Below are positions 59,449 to 64,000 of a DNA stretch of 64,000 nt, one piece after another. The notes below the pieces were generated by a model, which worked only from the letters and a program-made list of their open reading frames with translations, did no database searches and was not told the origin of the DNA. Source of the DNA: an uncultured Bacilli bacterium (lineage in GTDB: Bacteria; Bacillota_I; Bacilli_A; RF39; UBA660); NCBI GenBank assembly GCA_934167665.1, contig CAKPLN010000005.1, positions 33,414-97,413 of the forward strand, read 5' to 3'. The position numbers were made by a program, and so were the translations under genes. How positions within the stretch are numbered: the first letter of the stretch is position 1; every line of letters starts with the position of its first letter.

Positions 59449-59477
59449 TTGTAAATATTTAAGTTTTGTTATAAAAT
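59449..59477 (+). promoter_or_regulatory. candidate sigma-A promoter for tRNA-Lys
   Basis: TTGTAA, 17 nt, TAAAAT, with a TG at -15. Lies about 20 nt upstream of the tRNA. Confidence 0.35.
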
Positions 59478-59496
59478 TAATTATGCAAATGGACAT

Positions 59497-59572
59497 GGGG
59501 TGTTAGCTCAGTTGGTAGAGCAACTGACTCTTAATCAGTGGGTCTAGGGTTCGAATCCCTAACACCCCACCA
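59497..59572 (+). tRNA. tRNA-Lys (anticodon CTT)
   Basis: GGGGTGTTAGCTCAGTTGGTAGAGCAACTGACTCTTAATCAGTGGGTCTAGGGTTCGAATCCCTAACACCCCACCA, followed by a terminator-like hairpin at 59620-59645. Confidence 0.9.
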
Positions 59573-59658
59573 TTATTATAAAATATTCAAACTTATTTGA
59601 ATTAATGATAAAAATAAAAACTCAACTTTGAGTTTTTATTTTTTTGTTTATAAATAAA

Positions 59659-60246
59659 TTATTGTAAAAAAGCCTCCAAAAGTTTTTTACTATCACAATC
59701 ATAATCTAACATTCTCTCAGGATGCCATTGAACCCCTATTTGAAAATCCCCCTTACCTTCAATTGCCTCTATTAAATTATCATCCGATTTACCTACAACG
59801 GTAAAATAATAGCTTTTTAATACTGTTTGTAAGTGATGAGAATTAACTCTAATTTTACCCTTACCATAAATAGCACGTAATTTACTTTCCTTCAAAACTA
59901 CCGAATGTACATATCCTTCCGGTTGCTTATGAAGATAATTGCCAATACTAATTAATTTATCATTGCTTCCAAACATCGCCATTGACTGCATTCCCTGACA
60001 AATTCCAAGTAATCGTAAATTATTATCTAAAGCGTACTTTATTAAAAAATAATCTAGTCTTCCCACATCATCACCGCCAGGCAATAAAATAGCATAAACA
60101 TCCTTCAATACTTTTAAACATTCATCCTCTGAAATATCATCATTTATCAAAACAGGACTACCACCAAATTTTTCAATTGCTTTAATATACATTTCGTTAG
60201 AAAAACTACTGTTTTCTTTTCTAATTAACAATAAAACTTTCTTCAT
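59659..60246 (-). CDS. class I glutamine amidotransferase-like / peptidase C26 (gamma-glutamyl hydrolase-like) protein
   Basis: GICQGMQ nucleophile motif and VQWHPE. Confidence 0.7.
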   Translation of the reverse strand: MKKVLLLIRKENSSFSNEMYIKAIEKFGGSPVLINDDISEDECLKVLKDVYAILLPGGDDVGRLDYFLIKYALDNNLRLLGICQGMQSMAMFGSNDKLISIGNYLHKQPEGYVHSVVLKESKLRAIYGKGKIRVNSHHLQTVLKSYYFTVVGKSDDNLIEAIEGKGDFQIGVQWHPERMLDYDCDSKKLLEAFLQ

Positions 60247-60262
60247 AATTAAAAAGAGAAAA

Positions 60263-61483
60263 TTATCTTAATTTTCCCTTTACTCCTTTCATTCCCTTTA
60301 CTCCACCATTAGAAGCAAAGCCTTTTAAAATGTTTGAATCAAAAGAATGAGTCTTACTACAACGCTTCTTATAATCTTTAATACCTATGTTGATCATTTC
60401 ATCTAAAACAGAAGTGAAATTTATACCCTTAGCATCCCATAAATAAAAAGCTAAACTTCCAGGAATAGAGTTAATTTCATTAATATATACCTTATTAGTC
60501 TTATCATCAATTAAAAAGTCAATTCTACAGTTACCTGAAGATCCTAAAACCTTAAATGCTTTAACAGCTATCTCCTCAACTTCACTTCTAACATCTTTGT
60601 CTAACTCAGCTGGCAATTTTCTATTAGTTGAAGCCATTCCCTTAGATTTTTTTACTGCTCCCTTAGAAGCAAACTTTGACTTTCCACCACCAATATATTT
60701 ATCATTAAAAGTTAAGAATTTATTACCAGATAATACTTCCTCTATTTCACTTACCTTTTGATGTTCATAATTACCCATAACAGCAATATTAACTTCTTTT
60801 AAATTCTTAACCACTTCTTCAACAACAATTTTAGAATCATATTGAATAGCCTCATCAATACCCTCAATTAAATCCTGTTCATTCTCACAAACACTAATAC
60901 CTACACTAGAACCAGTAGTAGCTGGTTTAACAATAACAGGATATTTTAATTTAGACACTAACTCAACAATCTTACTACTGTCTCTTCTATAATCAGCATC
61001 ATAAAACCAAACATAATTAGTCATTGGTAATTCTGCTTCCTTCCAAATATCTTTCATAAAAGCTTTATCTTGGCCAACAACAGAAGCATAAACATTACCA
61101 CCTACAAAAGGTATACCAATAGATTGTAAATATCCTTGTAATACTCCATCCTCAACATTAGTTCCATGTACAATAGGAAAAGCAATATCAATTTCCTTGA
61201 CAATACTTTTAAATAAACCATGTTTCTTTTGTAATACAAAGCTACCATCACGACAATATAAAACAACATTATCAGCATAACGCTTAATTAAAGATAAATC
61301 CTGATAAAACTCAATATCTTTTAACATTTCTCCCGTATACCACTCTCTATCTTTAGTAATATAAATTGGTATAACCTCATACTTTTCTTGATCAATTTTA
61401 TTCATAGCCTGAATAGCCGAAATTATACTAACTTCATGCTCTACAGTTTCTCCACCAAAAATAACACCTAGTTTAATTCTCAT
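60263..61483 (-). CDS. ddl: D-alanine--D-alanine ligase-like ATP-grasp enzyme with internal insertion and basic C-terminal extension
   Basis: N-terminal GVIFGGETVEHEVSIISA and C-terminal NEINSIPGSLAFY. At 406 aa it is longer than canonical Ddl, with a Lys/Gly-rich insert GGGKSKFASKGAVKKSKG and a tail GGVKGMKGVKGKLR. Confidence 0.65.
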   Translation of the reverse strand: MRIKLGVIFGGETVEHEVSIISAIQAMNKIDQEKYEVIPIYITKDREWYTGEMLKDIEFYQDLSLIKRYADNVVLYCRDGSFVLQKKHGLFKSIVKEIDIAFPIVHGTNVEDGVLQGYLQSIGIPFVGGNVYASVVGQDKAFMKDIWKEAELPMTNYVWFYDADYRRDSSKIVELVSKLKYPVIVKPATTGSSVGISVCENEQDLIEGIDEAIQYDSKIVVEEVVKNLKEVNIAVMGNYEHQKVSEIEEVLSGNKFLTFNDKYIGGGKSKFASKGAVKKSKGMASTNRKLPAELDKDVRSEVEEIAVKAFKVLGSSGNCRIDFLIDDKTNKVYINEINSIPGSLAFYLWDAKGINFTSVLDEMINIGIKDYKKRCSKTHSFDSNILKGFASNGGVKGMKGVKGKLR

Positions 61484-61495
61484 ATAAAATCCTCC

Positions 61496-63109
61496 TTACT
61501 CATTATACGTATCTGGTAAATCATTTTCAAATAAAGCAAAAACTTCTCTTTTACCATCACTTAAACTATTAATAAAAGAATATGCTTCTCTAACATCATT
61601 AAACACTACAATATTATCCTTGTCAAATCCTTGACTAAGTAATCCCTCATAAATAGGTTTAGTTCTTTTCTCTCCAATTAAAACAGCATAATCAGCAACT
61701 TGAGCTATTTGTTTACCAAATTCTTTATTATAGAATGCTTCCTTTTCCCCTAATTCAATCATACCAGGTGTAACAACAATCTTAACACCATCCATCATTC
61801 CCAGTACTTGACAAGCGTTGCTAGCACCAACTGGATTAGAATTATAAGCATCATCAATTTGATAAAATAAGCCTAATTTTTTCAACTCAAGTCTATGTTC
61901 AACCGGTCTAACCATCTTAACAGCCGCCTGTAATTCAGAAATACTAATATCAAACTGTACACCACAAGCTATACCAGCTAAAATATTATAGACATTATGT
62001 TTACCAAGTAATTTAGTTTCAAATCTATATTTTTCTTTATTACCCTTAAAAACAACATCAAAAACAGTTCCTTTAGAAGAGCATTTAATATCACAAGCTC
62101 CAACATCAACATTCTTATTATCAATACCAATCCAAATTGTTTTAACTTTATTCTTTAATTTATAATTAACTTGTTTAGGATCATCACCATTAAGAATAGC
62201 AAAACCATCTTTTGGTAAAGACTCAATAAGCTCAAACTTACCAGCAATTATATTATCTTCACTACCAAAAGTCTCTAAATGTGCCGTTCCAATAGTAGTC
62301 AAAATACCATATTTAGGTTTTACTAACTTACAAAGACCTTTAATTTCTCCTCTAACATAAGCACCCATCTCTGCTATAAAAATATCAGTAAACTTATCCA
62401 AATTATTATTAATTGTCATTATTAAACCATTATAAGTATTTAAATTTTTAGGTGTAGGTAAAGCATTATAACGCACATTTAAAATATCACTCAAAATATT
62501 TTTAGAACTAGTTTTACCATAACTACCAGTAATACCTATAATCTTTAAATTAGGCATATTTTTAAGCTTATTCTGAGCTTTATTCTTATAGTAATAATAT
62601 ACACATCTCTCATAAGGATAATTAATAATATTAGCAATAAATACAATAAAAGGATTTAAATATAACATAATACTTAATAATAAGAATACAATCCAAATAC
62701 ATTTAGTATCATTATAATTAAATAATCCCCAAATAATTGGAATTAAATATAACAAAGTTATAGTAAAAATGAGTCTTTTTACACGCTTAGTAATAACTAA
62801 TGGTTTTTTATTTTGATCATTTTTAATTCTATTTTTCCAACTAAAGCCTAAAAATATATTTAAACTAATTAAAATTATTTTATTAATAAAAGCAAAGTTT
62901 TCTAAATCAAATGTAACTAACATTCCAACTAAACTAGCAGCTATTATAAAAAGATCTATATCAAAAAATTGACTAATATTTTTAAATACCCACTTTAAAT
63001 AACGATTATTTTCATTATATAAGTTTTGTTGAAGCATATGCAAAAAACGTTTAGATTTAATAGTAATAGCATATAAAAAGGTACTAATAACAATAATATT
63101 TAAAAACAT
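61496..63109 (-). CDS. murF: MurF-like Mur ligase with roughly 180-aa N-terminal polytopic membrane domain
   Basis: IIGITGSYGKTSSKNIL P-loop and DAYNSNP...TPGMIELGEKE (MurF-like C-terminal domain), preceded by 4-5 TM helices. Confidence 0.65.
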   Translation of the reverse strand: MFLNIIVISTFLYAITIKSKRFLHMLQQNLYNENNRYLKWVFKNISQFFDIDLFIIAASLVGMLVTFDLENFAFINKIILISLNIFLGFSWKNRIKNDQNKKPLVITKRVKRLIFTITLLYLIPIIWGLFNYNDTKCIWIVFLLLSIMLYLNPFIVFIANIINYPYERCVYYYYKNKAQNKLKNMPNLKIIGITGSYGKTSSKNILSDILNVRYNALPTPKNLNTYNGLIMTINNNLDKFTDIFIAEMGAYVRGEIKGLCKLVKPKYGILTTIGTAHLETFGSEDNIIAGKFELIESLPKDGFAILNGDDPKQVNYKLKNKVKTIWIGIDNKNVDVGACDIKCSSKGTVFDVVFKGNKEKYRFETKLLGKHNVYNILAGIACGVQFDISISELQAAVKMVRPVEHRLELKKLGLFYQIDDAYNSNPVGASNACQVLGMMDGVKIVVTPGMIELGEKEAFYNKEFGKQIAQVADYAVLIGEKRTKPIYEGLLSQGFDKDNIVVFNDVREAYSFINSLSDGKREVFALFENDLPDTYNE

Positions 63110-63118
63110 AAATACCTC

Positions 63119-63838
63119 CTAAAAAAAGCTTTTAAGTATATTAACAACTTGTGGTAGATTTTCAAGATATGCATAGTGTGTTCCTGGTAAAACAATAAGT
63201 GCTGCATCAATCATAATATTCTCTAACATTCTCGCTTCATCAATTGGTGCTTCAGTATCATTTTCACCCCAAATAAGTAATGTTGGCTCCTCTATTTTTT
63301 TAGCATAACTAGATAAGTCTTCATTAACAACATTAACTAAAATTTTTCTCATTAAAGGACTAGCTGCTTTATAATCTCTAGAACCTATATATTTTTTCAT
63401 TGCTTCACCTAAAGAATTTAAACCAGGAACTTCTTTTAATTTCTTTAAGACTTTGACATATAAAGGCAACTCTTTTTCAACTCTAATACAAGGGCTACCG
63501 AACAATACTAATTTATTTATTGGATTATCAGCAGAATAGCAGATAGCAACTCTTCCACCAAATGAATGACCGATAACAACTGGCTTTTTAATATTTAACT
63601 TTTTAACAAACTCTTCTAACATCTTGGCATAATCAGAAACTTGCCAAGCAAAATCAGGTTCATCACTTTTACCAAAACCAGGTAAATCAAGTATTGTAAT
63701 TCTATGATTAGAGCATAACCCATCGCCTAAAGGCTTCATCATTTCAATATTTTGACCCCATCCATGAAGAAGTAAAACATCTTCACCTTCTCCATATTGT
63801 ATGTAATTAATATTAACTTTGCCTATTTTAATCTGCAT
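63119..63838 (-). CDS. alpha/beta-hydrolase fold protein
   Basis: HGWGQN and the GHSFGG nucleophile elbow. Confidence 0.7.
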   Translation of the reverse strand: MQIKIGKVNINYIQYGEGEDVLLLHGWGQNIEMMKPLGDGLCSNHRITILDLPGFGKSDEPDFAWQVSDYAKMLEEFVKKLNIKKPVVIGHSFGGRVAICYSADNPINKLVLFGSPCIRVEKELPLYVKVLKKLKEVPGLNSLGEAMKKYIGSRDYKAASPLMRKILVNVVNEDLSSYAKKIEEPTLLIWGENDTEAPIDEARMLENIMIDAALIVLPGTHYAYLENLPQVVNILKSFF

Positions 63839-64000
63839 ATTTCAAATCACTCCACACTAAAATTATAGCATAATAAAAGTAAATATAAACAAAAAAGTAG
63901 AATATAAACTATTCTACTATTAATTTTATCTAATCAAATGTAAACTACTTCGCTTTAACATAAGGATGATGGGTATAAGCCTCATAACTATCTTCAGTAG

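Overview
This window is an AT-rich (roughly 27-30% GC by eye) chromosomal segment from a low-GC Gram-positive, Firmicutes/Bacillota-like genome. The yqfC/yqfD-like and gerE-like genes suggest an endospore former. Nearly every gene lies on the minus strand; only tRNA-Lys is on the plus strand. Housekeeping content: a T-box-controlled glyQS operon, recO, era, cdd, ybeY, a vanZ-like gene, yqfD/yqfC-like genes, yqeY, rpsU, a T-box-controlled ileS followed by the divIVA-sepF cell-division tail, asnS, a GH3 NagZ-like hexosaminidase, an RluA-family pseudouridine synthase, tex, a PAP2 phosphatase, pgi, six tRNAs (Arg-TCT, Ser-GCT, Glu-TTC, Asn-GTT, Ile-GAT, Lys-CTT) and a murF-like/ddl-like pair. Accessory content: (1) a double-glycine bacteriocin-type locus (C39-peptidase ABC transporter, a short membrane accessory protein, and two small GG-leader peptides absent from the ORF track), with an intact IS200/IS605-family TnpB-only element inserted about 60 bp upstream of the transporter; (2) two further decayed copies of that element (an internally deleted MITE-like copy next to tRNA-Ser and a 3' relic downstream of a pilin-like gene) and an IS200 tnpA relic; (3) two paralogous giant pilin-like proteins with type IV prepilin (class III) N-termini, repeated Cys-containing modules, and a Gly-rich or Cys-rich C-terminal tail respectively; (4) a HerA/FtsK-superfamily ATPase with two uncharacterised partner genes lying next to sepF where ylmD/ylmE would be expected; (5) a 2549-aa cyclic beta-1,2-glucan synthase-like (GT84+GH94) giant. 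No CRISPR array or rRNA was seen. The pilin-like pair and the HerA-like module are the candidates for an undescribed system.
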